DNA of 64,000 bases from Candidatus Yonathbacteria bacterium (GCA_013334825.1 JAAXWR010000001.1:203769-267768), one strand, 5' to 3'; counted from the first letter of the stretch, positions 41,282-49,760 are shown. Made by a program: numbers and translations. Notes: a model not told the origin generated them from the letters alone.

Positions 41282-43015
41282 ATGAATAATATAAAAAAAT
41301 TTATAGATACAAATCCCTACACGTATTCAACCCTTTGTGATAGATACAAAAGATTTTCTATGCCATTAAACCAGCGCCCTTACGCTTGGAAAATTTCAAA
41401 CATTTCCGAACTATGGAGTGCCATTCTTGAAAACGAAGAAGGTTATTTTGTAGGAAATCTCGTATGTCTAGATCCTTCCGATGAGAGTAATGGTACCCTG
41501 GTTGTTGTAGATGGCCAACAAAGGTTAACAACCATATCGCTTATACTTATTGCCATTAAAGATATTCTTATCGAATGCAATGATGGGACTAAAAAAACAA
41601 CCCAACTTATAAATTGGTTAACTAACAGTTTACTTTGGCAAGATCCCAAGACATACGAATATTTTCCAAGATTGATCCACAGTAAAGAAAATTTGCTTGA
41701 GGCGTATAAAAATATCTTAGAAAATGGAAACGAAATTCCAAAAAATATTGACGATAATCAAATGCGTTATTATTCGAATATTAGATATATAAAATCTCTC
41801 ATAAAGAAAGAAATTAAAGCAAAATCTGATGATCAGATTGAAAAGCTTATACAAAAGATTTTATCCCTACAGTTTATAGCGATTGTGGTAAATTCAGAAA
41901 ATGATATTTACGATTTGTTTGAAGGTTTAAACTCAACAGGGTTAGGTCTTTCCGTTGCTGATCTGTTAAAGAATTCAGTTCTAAAATTTGCCCGAAAAGG
42001 AAGAGCAAGAGAAGAAATAGAGGCGGATTGGATCCAAATGGAGTCATATTTTGAAGCAACAAAAACATCCCTGTTCCCTAAATTCCTAAGACATTACTAT
42101 ATTTCTGAGAATGGTCTTATTTCTTCTTCTCGACTTTTTAAAACTCTAAAGAAAGAAAAAATTGAGAATAAACAAACTCAAGAAGTTGTTGCGTTTGTGA
42201 AAGAGCTGTTGGAGAATGCGCAGATATATATGGGGTTAAGATTTGATGAATATGAAAGCAATCTTAACCTACTTGTTCGCGATAGGGAGAGTAAAAAGAT
42301 AATTAGAACTTTTGAATATGTAGGAAGTGTTGATCAAGTTTATGCGGTGTTGTTGGCTTTTTATAACAAAAAAAGGCATGACCCTGATTATAAACCGAGC
42401 TCTTTTAAGCGAGACATTCGTCAACTCCTTAAATTTGTTATATTGGCAAGATTTGTAAGTATCAACCCTTCGGAGTATGAAAAAATATTTGGTGATATGT
42501 GCGAAATATCCACAGAATATTCAGGGGTAAAATATGAAAAAGAGATAGGACAACATTTTAAGAAATTGTTTAATTTAGTTAATAAAAAAGATGAATTTGT
42601 GAGTAATTTCTCAAACGAAATAGAATATGGAAGAGATTCAAAACTCATAGAATATCTTTTGCAAGAAGTGATGCGAGAATATTCAAAAGAAGATCGCGGA
42701 ATAACAGTATTGAACCCAAATATCGAGCATATTTTACCAAGATCTCCAAAAAAATGGGGATTGGATAAAGAAGATATAGGTTCTTATGTTAATAAAATAG
42801 GCAATCTCACAATTCTTCATGATCTAGACAATAATGATGCCGGGAATGAAACTTTTGAAGAAAAGATGAAGAAAGTTTATTCTGTTTCGAAATTTAGATT
42901 TAATAATGATATAAGTAAATATGAAGAAGTTTTTGTCGAGAATCCTTCACTGGCAATTGAACAGAGAGGGAAAGATATTTCCACTTTTGTTTTTAGTTTT
43001 TTAAAGTCAATCTAG
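41282..43015 (+). CDS. GmrSD-family protein: N-terminal DUF262 (ParB-like, DGQQR) + C-terminal DUF1524 (His-Me/HNH-like) domains
   Basis: VVVDGQQRLTTISLIL near the N-terminus; NIEHILPRSP...IGNLTILHDLDNN near the C-terminus. 577 aa. Confidence 0.75.
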   Translation: MNNIKKFIDTNPYTYSTLCDRYKRFSMPLNQRPYAWKISNISELWSAILENEEGYFVGNLVCLDPSDESNGTLVVVDGQQRLTTISLILIAIKDILIECNDGTKKTTQLINWLTNSLLWQDPKTYEYFPRLIHSKENLLEAYKNILENGNEIPKNIDDNQMRYYSNIRYIKSLIKKEIKAKSDDQIEKLIQKILSLQFIAIVVNSENDIYDLFEGLNSTGLGLSVADLLKNSVLKFARKGRAREEIEADWIQMESYFEATKTSLFPKFLRHYYISENGLISSSRLFKTLKKEKIENKQTQEVVAFVKELLENAQIYMGLRFDEYESNLNLLVRDRESKKIIRTFEYVGSVDQVYAVLLAFYNKKRHDPDYKPSSFKRDIRQLLKFVILARFVSINPSEYEKIFGDMCEISTEYSGVKYEKEIGQHFKKLFNLVNKKDEFVSNFSNEIEYGRDSKLIEYLLQEVMREYSKEDRGITVLNPNIEHILPRSPKKWGLDKEDIGSYVNKIGNLTILHDLDNNDAGNETFEEKMKKVYSVSKFRFNNDISKYEEVFVENPSLAIEQRGKDISTFVFSFLKSI

Positions 43016-43058
43016 TTCCTGGTTCTCAAATTTATTAACAACATATCACATTAACTCT

Positions 43059-43925
43059 ATGGAAAATAGTAAGTTTTTAGTCTTTAAAAATACACGAAAA
43101 AACTCAATAAAGACTTGGGAGTATTTTGTGAATTGGGATAAGGTATTCAAGAATAAGAGAGAAGTGGAAATAGCTCTTAATAAAATGAATTATCTTCTCG
43201 GAAAAGAAAATTTAAAAGAAGAGTTTTTCTTATTATTGAAATCAGAACCAGATATTATAAAAACTTTCCCCATTCTTTTGGCGGTAAGAGAGCAAAAATT
43301 AGAGATTTATGATAAAAAAGAAAAGACATCGAGGTTTTTTGATTTTTCTAGTATTGATAATATGGAAGATCCAGAAGAATATTTTGAATTTTTTGAAAAT
43401 ACCGGTCTTACCAATATTTTTAAAAAAGATGGTGTAAAAAACCTTGTCGATTATGTTATGGGCGTAGAAGTTGGTCTTGAAAGTAATGGGAGAAAAAATC
43501 GAGGAGGTCAACTCATGGAGGTGATAACTGAAGAGTATATAAAGCAGTATTCAGAAGCAAATCATTTTTCTTATTTAGCACAAGCCACTGCGAAAGGTAT
43601 TTATGAAAGATGGGGTATAAATATTTCTGTAGATAAGTCAGAAAGAAGTTTTGATTTTGCTGTATATAATCCATTAAAAAATAAAATAAAATTGTTCGAA
43701 GTAAACTTTTATAATGGAGGAGGTTCAAAATTAAAAGCGGTTTGTGGAGAATTTAAAGGTCTTTTTGATTATCTAAAAGCACAAGGTGTTGAATTTGTTT
43801 GGATTACTGACGGTATGGGTTGGAATAATACGACAAGACCCCTTGAGGAGGTATATAACCATAACGATAATATCTTCAATCTATCAATGCTCGAAGAAGG
43901 GGTCCTCAACTCTCTTAAATGGTAG
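43059..43925 (+). CDS. type II restriction endonuclease, DpnII/MboI family (GATC)
   Basis: 288 aa, same length as R.DpnII. Motifs NLVDYVMGVEVGLESNGRKNRGG, EVNFYNGGGSKL, FVWITDGMGW match R.DpnII by recall. Confidence 0.75.
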   Translation: MENSKFLVFKNTRKNSIKTWEYFVNWDKVFKNKREVEIALNKMNYLLGKENLKEEFFLLLKSEPDIIKTFPILLAVREQKLEIYDKKEKTSRFFDFSSIDNMEDPEEYFEFFENTGLTNIFKKDGVKNLVDYVMGVEVGLESNGRKNRGGQLMEVITEEYIKQYSEANHFSYLAQATAKGIYERWGINISVDKSERSFDFAVYNPLKNKIKLFEVNFYNGGGSKLKAVCGEFKGLFDYLKAQGVEFVWITDGMGWNNTTRPLEEVYNHNDNIFNLSMLEEGVLNSLKW

Positions 43926-43937
43926 TATATTTTTTGT

Positions 43938-44690
43938 ATGAAATTTGGTCCAGACACATTTGATTTAGAATGTACAACCGTATGGGCTTTTCCTCGACGT
44001 GGTAATTGGGCTACACATACGTCAGATTGGCGTGGGAATTGGTCTCCTGAAGTGGTGCGCAATCTCATTTTACGATATTCCGAAGAGGGAGATATTTTAC
44101 TCGATCCAATGATTGGTGGGGGAACAACAGCAATCGAAGCAAAGATTTTGAATAGAAACATTATTTGTTCAGATGTGAATGATATCGCTATTGAACGGAC
44201 GAAGAATTGTCTTGTGTTTGATGTAGAGAATAATTCTTGGCAAAAGGTCTTGAAAAGAGACGCTAGAGATCTTAATAAAGCAAAAAATGAGAGTGTTGAT
44301 TTTATTCTCACTCATCCTCCATATGCCGATATTATAAAATATAGCGATGGTAAGATAGAAGAAGATCTTTCAAATATTCATAATATAGATTCCTTCGTCG
44401 ATGAAATGGAAAAAGTGGCAACGGAGCTTCATAGGGTTTTGAAGAAAGACAAATACTGCGCAATTTTAATCGGAGATACTCGTAGAAATAAAATGTATCA
44501 GCCTTTAGCTTTTAAGGTAATGGATAGATTTTTGAAAACAGGTTTTCAATTGAAAGAAGATATTATCAAACGACAATTTAATTGTCAGGCGACAGGTTTT
44601 TGGGTGAATAAATCAAAAGAAAATAATTTTCTCCTTATTATGCACGAACATCTCTTTGTGTTTCAAAAAGTTGGTGGAGACGCTCATTGA
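43938..44690 (+). CDS. second DNA methyltransferase (N6-adenine/N4-cytosine, ParB-like methylase family) of the R-M operon
   Basis: AdoMet motif I LDPMIGGGTTAIEA and motif IV ILTHPPYADI. Its last 7 codons and stop lie inside repeat copy 1. Confidence 0.75.
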   Translation: MKFGPDTFDLECTTVWAFPRRGNWATHTSDWRGNWSPEVVRNLILRYSEEGDILLDPMIGGGTTAIEAKILNRNIICSDVNDIAIERTKNCLVFDVENNSWQKVLKRDARDLNKAKNESVDFILTHPPYADIIKYSDGKIEEDLSNIHNIDSFVDEMEKVATELHRVLKKDKYCAILIGDTRRNKMYQPLAFKVMDRFLKTGFQLKEDIIKRQFNCQATGFWVNKSKENNFLLIMHEHLFVFQKVGGDAH

Positions 44691-44835
44691 CGACGAGTTT
44701 TTCTGGAATGAAGACACGGGGCACTATGAGCCGAATGATTTTACGGATTGCTTTGAGCATACCGGCAACGTGAGGTGCGCGCAGTGCGGGGAAGCGTGGA
44801 CCGGATTGTAGAGCAAACAAAAAAGCGCCGTCTAG
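44669..44835 (+). repeat. Zn-ribbon-encoding repeat, copy 1 (fused to methylase 3' end; no own start codon)
   Basis: ~95% identical to copy 3. Encodes ...LVETLIDDEFFWNEDTGHYEPNDFTDCFEHTGNVRCAQCGEAWTGL* (frame 44671..44811), then hairpin aaaaaagcgccgtctaggcgcttt. Confidence 0.8.
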
Positions 44836-44850
44836 GCGCTTTCGGCTCCT
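44826..44850. terminator. bidirectional hairpin terminator between convergent genes
   Basis: aaaaagcgccgtctaggcgctttcgg, with a T-run on the minus strand. Confidence 0.5.
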
Positions 44851-45230
44851 TAAGGTTTTTTTTCGTTGCAGAGAACACCATTAAGAATGGTGAAACCGAG
44901 AGCTTGACGAATCATGTCGTAATGTTTTGGAGTCGCTATTATTTTGTAGTACAGAGGTTCCCCTTCATAGAGGTTGTTGGGGGTGGCATTGTAGACAGAC
45001 ACCAACTGGGGGAACGGACAATGGGTCCCAGTTATTTTAAGTACAAGCTTACTCAGATCAAAACGTTCAATGATCTCAGCGCATCCTTTACTTGAATCTT
45101 CTTTGAGATATTCAACAGTGTTCCCTTCTCGTCTAATAGAGGTGATGATTGTGGTATATTTTTCGATCAACGCCTCAGGATGTTCCTTGTTTTCCATTGT
45201 GGTATGTTTTTTTGTTTCTTGACTCTGCAT
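44850..45230 (-). CDS. hypothetical small protein, paralog family A (C-terminal ...YY.I..P....M......GFT motif)
   Basis: C-terminus EPLYYKIIATPKHYDMIRQALGFTIL aligns with the 46634..46963 and 49479..49760 products. Confidence 0.4.
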   Translation of the reverse strand: MQSQETKKHTTMENKEHPEALIEKYTTIITSIRREGNTVEYLKEDSSKGCAEIIERFDLSKLVLKITGTHCPFPQLVSVYNATPNNLYEGEPLYYKIIATPKHYDMIRQALGFTILNGVLCNEKKP

Positions 45231-45337
45231 ACTTCTCTTGCGATATAGTATGCTTTTGGTCCAACTGTGTCAACAGAGTACGTAAAGTGAGAGTTCTTTA
45301 TTGGTTGGATTGTCGAACAAAAGGAAATCGTCGTGTG

Positions 45338-45378
45338 CGTAGAGCCCCGCACATCTGTCAGATGTGCGGGGCTCTACG
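45338..45378. promoter_or_regulatory. perfect 20-bp inverted repeat (41-bp palindrome) overlapping the ATG of repeat copy 2
   Basis: cgtagagccccgcacatctg t cagatgtgcggggctctacg. Confidence 0.6.
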
Positions 45379-45523
45379 CAAGTTGGTGGAGACGCTCATT
45401 GACGACGAGTTTTTCTGGAATGAAGAGACTGGGCATTATGAACCGAACAAGTTTACGGATTGTTTTGAGCATACTGGCAACGTGAGGTGCACGCAGTGCG
45501 GGGAAGCGTGGACAGGCGCTTGA
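45362..45523 (+). CDS. small Zn-ribbon protein (repeat copy 2), possibly decaying
   Basis: MCGALRKLVETLIDDEFFWNEETGHYEPNKFTDCFEHTGNVRCTQCGEAWTGA. Differences from copies 1 and 3 are mostly synonymous. The longer in-frame 124-aa ORF from 45149 overlaps the upstream minus gene and looks non-protein-like. Confidence 0.3.
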   Translation: MCGALRKLVETLIDDEFFWNEETGHYEPNKFTDCFEHTGNVRCTQCGEAWTGA

Positions 45524-45667
45524 AAAGGAGTCTGCAGAAGAGTTGAAATCTCTCGAAAAGTCCTTGTGTGTCTCGGATGTTGACATATATTATTTTTTAT
45601 GCTACTCTAAAACGAGTAAAAGGAAATTACAGTTTTCATTAATATTCGAATCATTCAAGGAGGCAAC

Positions 45668-45871
45668 ATGGCCACTATTAAAGAGGGAAGTCCGGTATGG
45701 GTGGACGCCAATGGCGTCTGTCACCTGCTTACTTGTGATCACATTAAATCACCTGCCGTTCATGGGTTGGCAGGCGAGAACAGGGACGCCCTATTCTGCC
45801 CTGTTTGTATGGAGGGATACCGCACAATTCCCGATTTCCCGTATGATGAAAGCCAAGAGATTTCAGTGTGA
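45668..45871 (+). CDS. small Cys-rich protein (67 aa), candidate zinc-binding
   Basis: SD aaggagg 6 nt upstream. CHLLTCDH...CPVC. Possible promoter ttgaca-17-tactct at 45578-45606. Confidence 0.45.
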   Translation: MATIKEGSPVWVDANGVCHLLTCDHIKSPAVHGLAGENRDALFCPVCMEGYRTIPDFPYDESQEISV

Positions 45872-46007
45872 AGTCCGCTTTATTCCTCGATGAGGCGATT
45901 CTGTGGGCATTTGCAACGGGTTTGTAAAACCCAGCTTTTCGTGGTCTTGAGAAGGAAAAGAAAGAGATATATCTTAAGTCCACGATCAGGGCTCTTTTCC
46001 CCGGTAT

Positions 46008-46224
46008 CGTGTTTGATTCATTCGTCGAATTTGGACAATTTCTGGAGGCTTTTCTCAAACCCGCCCTCATGGAGGCTTTTCCACATTTCAAGCATGGTCC
46101 TGTCGGAAGTAAAATACTTTCCGAAGAAATGCTTAAGGTCCTTGCACTTCTCGAAACGAACGGTCGGGAATGGAAAGACAATGTAGAGTGGAGGAGGAAG
46201 TTCTCTCAACTGCTGACCCATTGA
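46008..46224 (+). CDS. possible small protein (GTG start), weak
   Basis: 71 aa, helical-looking. No SD. Followed by terminator 46245-46278. Confidence 0.2.
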
Positions 46225-46244
46225 TTGTTTTCGTGTGATGTGAA

Positions 46245-46278
46245 AAACAACCCGCTGCTTGTATAGAGCGGGTTTTTT
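46245..46278 (+). terminator. intrinsic terminator
   Basis: aaacaacccgctgcttgtatagagcgggtttttt. Confidence 0.65.
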
Positions 46279-46454
46279 GTATCGAGAGTTATTTTTCGGA
46301 GATAAAACGACATGTAATTAACATCAATGGGTATTTAGTGCCGGATAGTGTGTTTCAAGAATAGGCACTCATCAAATAGAATAAGAAATCAGTCGAACTT
46401 TATGAGTAAAAGATCAAAGAAAGACATGCCTGCCAACTCTGCGGGGCCGAGCGC

Positions 46455-46640
46455 AAGTTGGTGGAGACGCTCATTGAGGACGAGTTTTTCTGGAATGAAG
46501 ACACGGGGCACTATGAGCCGAATAAGTTTACGGATTGTTTTGAGCATACCGGCAATGTGTGGTGCGCGCAGTGCGGGGAAGCGTGGACCGGATTGTAGAG
46601 CAAACAAAAAAGCGCCCTGCGGGGCGCTTTTGATTACGAG
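46455..46640 (+). pseudogene. Zn-ribbon repeat copy 3; the reading frame has a stop just upstream and no start codon (upstream ATG at 46400 is in another frame)
   Basis: (taa)KIKERHACQLCGAERKLVETLIEDEFFWNEDTGHYEPNKFTDCFEHTGNVWCAQCGEAWTGL*, then terminator aaaagcgccctgcggggcgctttt. Confidence 0.5.
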
Positions 46641-46963
46641 GGAGTTTCAGCCCCTTTTTTATTTTCTTCATCCCCACTGGTCTTTACAGACACATCTGTA
46701 AAGCCGAATACGCTGAGAAGTTTCTCCATGTGCTCTTTGTCGGGGCAGGTGATTGAGTAATATTCAATCTGCCTGTCTTCTTTCTCAGAGACATGAATAT
46801 CGATATAATTCATCGTCTGATCTTTACCTACGCATAGGAATATTTTGTGAAATTCTTGTGGTCTGATGACCACCACCTTTCCAAACTCTATGACGATGAT
46901 TGCCAGAGAGCCGTCGGGAAGGACTTTCACATGTTTGAAATGTCCTGAGATGTCTTTTTTCAT
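46634..46963 (-). CDS. hypothetical small protein, paralog family A
   Basis: 109 aa. ...IEYYSITCPDKEHMEKLLSVFGFTDV motif. Convergent with repeat copy 3 and shares its terminator. Confidence 0.45.
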   Translation of the reverse strand: MKKDISGHFKHVKVLPDGSLAIIVIEFGKVVVIRPQEFHKIFLCVGKDQTMNYIDIHVSEKEDRQIEYYSITCPDKEHMEKLLSVFGFTDVSVKTSGDEENKKGAETPS

Positions 46964-47047
46964 ATTATATAGTGTGACTTAGGTTTTTGATGATCCTTGC
47001 CAAATAATATCATTATTTCAGACAAATGTCAAATTTGCTTCAATAGT

Positions 47048-47131
47048 AATCGTGAAAATGGGCGATTTGGCGTGAATTTGTGCCGATTTTGGGCAATATT
47101 CACGCCAAACTTGCATGTTGCCGTGAATATT
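47048..47131. promoter_or_regulatory. candidate operator: four CGTGAA(T/A) half-sites including 11-bp inverted repeat TTGGCGTGAAT-N20-ATTCACGCCAA
   Basis: 47067-47077 and 47098-47108 are exact reverse complements. Additional cgtgaaaat (47051) and cgtgaatat (47122). Lies in the divergent region between 46963(-) and cca. Confidence 0.45.
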
Positions 47132-47336
47132 TGCTGTTTTGGTGGTATTTGGTGTGTGGAAAATCGTCGCGCGGGTGGATATCTTGGTTGCACGTATCAA
47201 CACCCTCCGCGCGCGGCAAAAGGAGTCTACAAAAGAGCGAGAACCTTTGGGATGCTTCTCGTTAAGGTGTTTTTTAAGAAAGATGTTTTTGTGTTACACT
47301 TTTTATACATTTATTCATTAAATTCATATACGCATT

Positions 47337-49004
47337 ATGAAACAAGAAGGATTTGATTCCGAAGCATATCGAAACGAACTCGTTGCACGTATCAAAAACG
47401 AACCTGATACGAAGACGCGACGCGACATCCTTTCTTGTGCTACACGTACAGAAGAGTATCGTACAGCGGAAATATTTCATCGTGCGGATGCAAAACAACA
47501 GCGCGAACGGCTTTTGAATGGAGGATTTGTTGAAGAGGTAAATGCATTTGAAAAAGTAGTTGATTTTGCGAAACTTGTTGAAGAAGCGGGAGGACAGGCG
47601 CTTCTGGTAGGTGGGTGTGTGCGGGACGAGTTGATGGGTATCCCTCCAAAAGATTATGATATTGAAGTATATAATATTGAGCCAGAACGACTGAGAGAGC
47701 TTGCGTATGCGTTTGGTGATGTGAATGAAGTTGGTGCCGCGTTCGGTATATTGAAAGTTAAAATTGGTGATATTGATCTTGATGTATCATTACCACGTAG
47801 AGAATCGAAGACGGGGAAAGGGCACCGTGATTTTTCAGTGAGCGCTGATCCCACTATGAGTATTGAAGAAGCGGCACGAAGGCGTGATTTCACATTCAAC
47901 ACTCTTGCAAAAGATCCTCTAACCGGAGAAGTCTATGACTATTTCGGCGGCGTTCGGGATATTGAACAGAGGATTCTTAGAGTTGCTGACGAGGAGCGTT
48001 TCCGTGACGATCCACTGAGAGTATTACGCGGTATGCAATTTATTGGGAGATTCGGATTGGGTGTTGATGATTCCACTGCAGCGATAATGCGTGATATGAG
48101 AGGTGAGTTGACACATTTACCGAAGGAGCGCTTGAGAGAAGAGTGGATAAAACTTTTTACACGTTCAAGAAAGCCATCCCTTGGTCTTCAGGCAGCTATG
48201 GAATGGGGTATTTTTCATGAGATGCATCCACAGATTGTTGAGTTGTCACGTACACCACAAGAGCCAGAATGGCATCCTGAAGGAGATGTGTGGGTCCATA
48301 CGCTGATGGTTGTAGATGAAGCAGCCAAGATTGTTGAGAAAGAAAGATTGAAGGGGGATGACGCCCTGCTTGTCATACTCGCTGCGTTTTGTCATGATTT
48401 TGGAAAGCCAAAGACAACGCGTACAGATGGCGATAGGATACAGTCTCCTGGACATGAACAAGCGGGGGTTGAACCGACGGTGAAGTTTCTTTCTGAGATA
48501 GGGATTGAAGGTTCTATGCGTGACTCTGTCGCGCGACTGGTCGCAGAGCATTTGAGACCGTCCATGTTATATATTGAAGAAATGTTAAAAGGAAAAAAAG
48601 TAACCGATGGAGCAATCAAACGTATGGCGACGAGAACGAATCCTGCGACATTACGACATCTTTTATATGTTGCAAAGGCTGATCATCAAGGGAGGGGTCC
48701 GTTTGTTGATCCACGGAATAAAGAAGGATCTTTTATCCCCTCAGATTATCCTGTTGAAGAATGGCTGTTGAAGCGCGCCTCAGACTTGGGTGTTTATGAA
48801 GAAAAACCTCGTCCCATAATTTTTGGAAGAGACCTTGTTGGTTTGGGATTTAATCCAGGGAGATTGTTCGGAGAAATTATTCGTGCGGGGGAAGAGATGC
48901 ACATAAAAGGATTTTCTCGTGAAGAAATATTGCTTTTTATTCATACACACAAGGATTTGTCTCCGGATAATCTTATCGAAGTTTTGAAAAATGCAGAAAT
49001 ATAA
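47337..49004 (+). CDS. cca: CCA-adding tRNA nucleotidyltransferase with HD domain
   Basis: Pol-beta-type head LLVGGCVRDELMG...DYDIEV. HD motif HTLMVVDEA...CHDFGKP. 555 aa. Confidence 0.85.
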   Translation: MKQEGFDSEAYRNELVARIKNEPDTKTRRDILSCATRTEEYRTAEIFHRADAKQQRERLLNGGFVEEVNAFEKVVDFAKLVEEAGGQALLVGGCVRDELMGIPPKDYDIEVYNIEPERLRELAYAFGDVNEVGAAFGILKVKIGDIDLDVSLPRRESKTGKGHRDFSVSADPTMSIEEAARRRDFTFNTLAKDPLTGEVYDYFGGVRDIEQRILRVADEERFRDDPLRVLRGMQFIGRFGLGVDDSTAAIMRDMRGELTHLPKERLREEWIKLFTRSRKPSLGLQAAMEWGIFHEMHPQIVELSRTPQEPEWHPEGDVWVHTLMVVDEAAKIVEKERLKGDDALLVILAAFCHDFGKPKTTRTDGDRIQSPGHEQAGVEPTVKFLSEIGIEGSMRDSVARLVAEHLRPSMLYIEEMLKGKKVTDGAIKRMATRTNPATLRHLLYVAKADHQGRGPFVDPRNKEGSFIPSDYPVEEWLLKRASDLGVYEEKPRPIIFGRDLVGLGFNPGRLFGEIIRAGEEMHIKGFSREEILLFIHTHKDLSPDNLIEVLKNAEI

Positions 49005-49075
49005 GAATATTTGTGATATTGTCTCATATCGGTTTTTTCTTGAAATAAGAAAAGACGTCATGTCGAACAACTTAT

Positions 49076-49270
49076 ATGACCTATAGTATTAACTCAATAA
49101 AAGATTTTTTCCGTAAATCTTCCACAAAGGATCTCCCAGACCCCGTATATGCTTTTTTTATGGAGACGAAATCACGTGACCGAAAACGTGTGTATATGAA
49201 GGCGCTTAGGGGGGCACAACATGATCAGGAAAAGATTTCACGAATGGCAAAAGAAAAAGCGCATGCGTAG
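49076..49270 (+). CDS. possible small basic protein
   Basis: 64 aa, followed by hairpin terminator aaaagcgcatgcgtagcatgcgcttttt (49256-49290). Confidence 0.3.
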   Translation: MTYSINSIKDFFRKSSTKDLPDPVYAFFMETKSRDRKRVYMKALRGAQHDQEKISRMAKEKAHA

Positions 49271-49478
49271 CATGCGCTTTTTCTTTTTGTCGGACATCGG
49301 AACAAGTCCGGGGTCTTCGGAAGTCGAAGCCACTAATACATCTAGTATACATATACTGAAACATTGAATCAAAAATTTATACCAAGGTTTAACCTTGGTA
49401 TAACAAAGGAATATATGGATAGAATTGTAAAACATACAAAAAAGCGCCCATTGGCGCTTTCGGAGGTATGCCTTAACC

Positions 49479-49760
49479 TTACCCCTTTATGTATACTTTA
49501 AAAAACACCGTGAATCCAACTGATTCAAGGATTTTTTTCATCGCTGCCTCGTCGGCACGGACGATGATGGTGTCTTCCCCCAGTTTCAGATTGGGCATAC
49601 GCCAACCTTTTTCGATCGCCCACTCTATTTTTTGTTCAAACACCGTAGGAATGGTTTTTTGAGTCCCGTTTCCAAGAATGAAGACGATTTCATCATTCAT
49701 ATTTCTCCGTGCCCCCAGAATTATATGGGAGGGAATTTCGGCTGACTCTGTTTGTGTGGT
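49479..49760 (-). CDS. hypothetical small protein, paralog family A
   Basis: Start MTTQTESAE inside the 49479..49871 ORF. C-terminus TIIVRADEAAMKKILESVGFTVF aligns with the other two paralogs. Minus-strand terminator 49440-49475. Confidence 0.45.
   Translation of the reverse strand, partial: TTQTESAEIPSHIILGARRNMNDEIVFILGNGTQKTIPTVFEQKIEWAIEKGWRMPNLKLGEDTIIVRADEAAMKKILESVGFTVFFKVYIKG

Noticed and set aside
44638-44820. Minus-strand ORFs spanning each Zn-ribbon repeat copy (44638..44820, 45374..45586, 46389..46607; MFALQSGPRFPALRAPH...)
   Set aside because: Their 'start' is a TTG lying inside the terminator hairpin of the plus-strand reading. The sequence is low-complexity R/P/L-rich, typical of an antisense frame. 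Synonymous-site variation between copies fits the plus-strand frame, not this one.
45149-45523. Long 124-aa version of Zn-ribbon copy 2
   Set aside because: The N-terminal 70 aa (W/C/F-rich, no similarity to the other copies) overlap the convergent minus gene 44850..45230. Only the segment from M45362 is supported.
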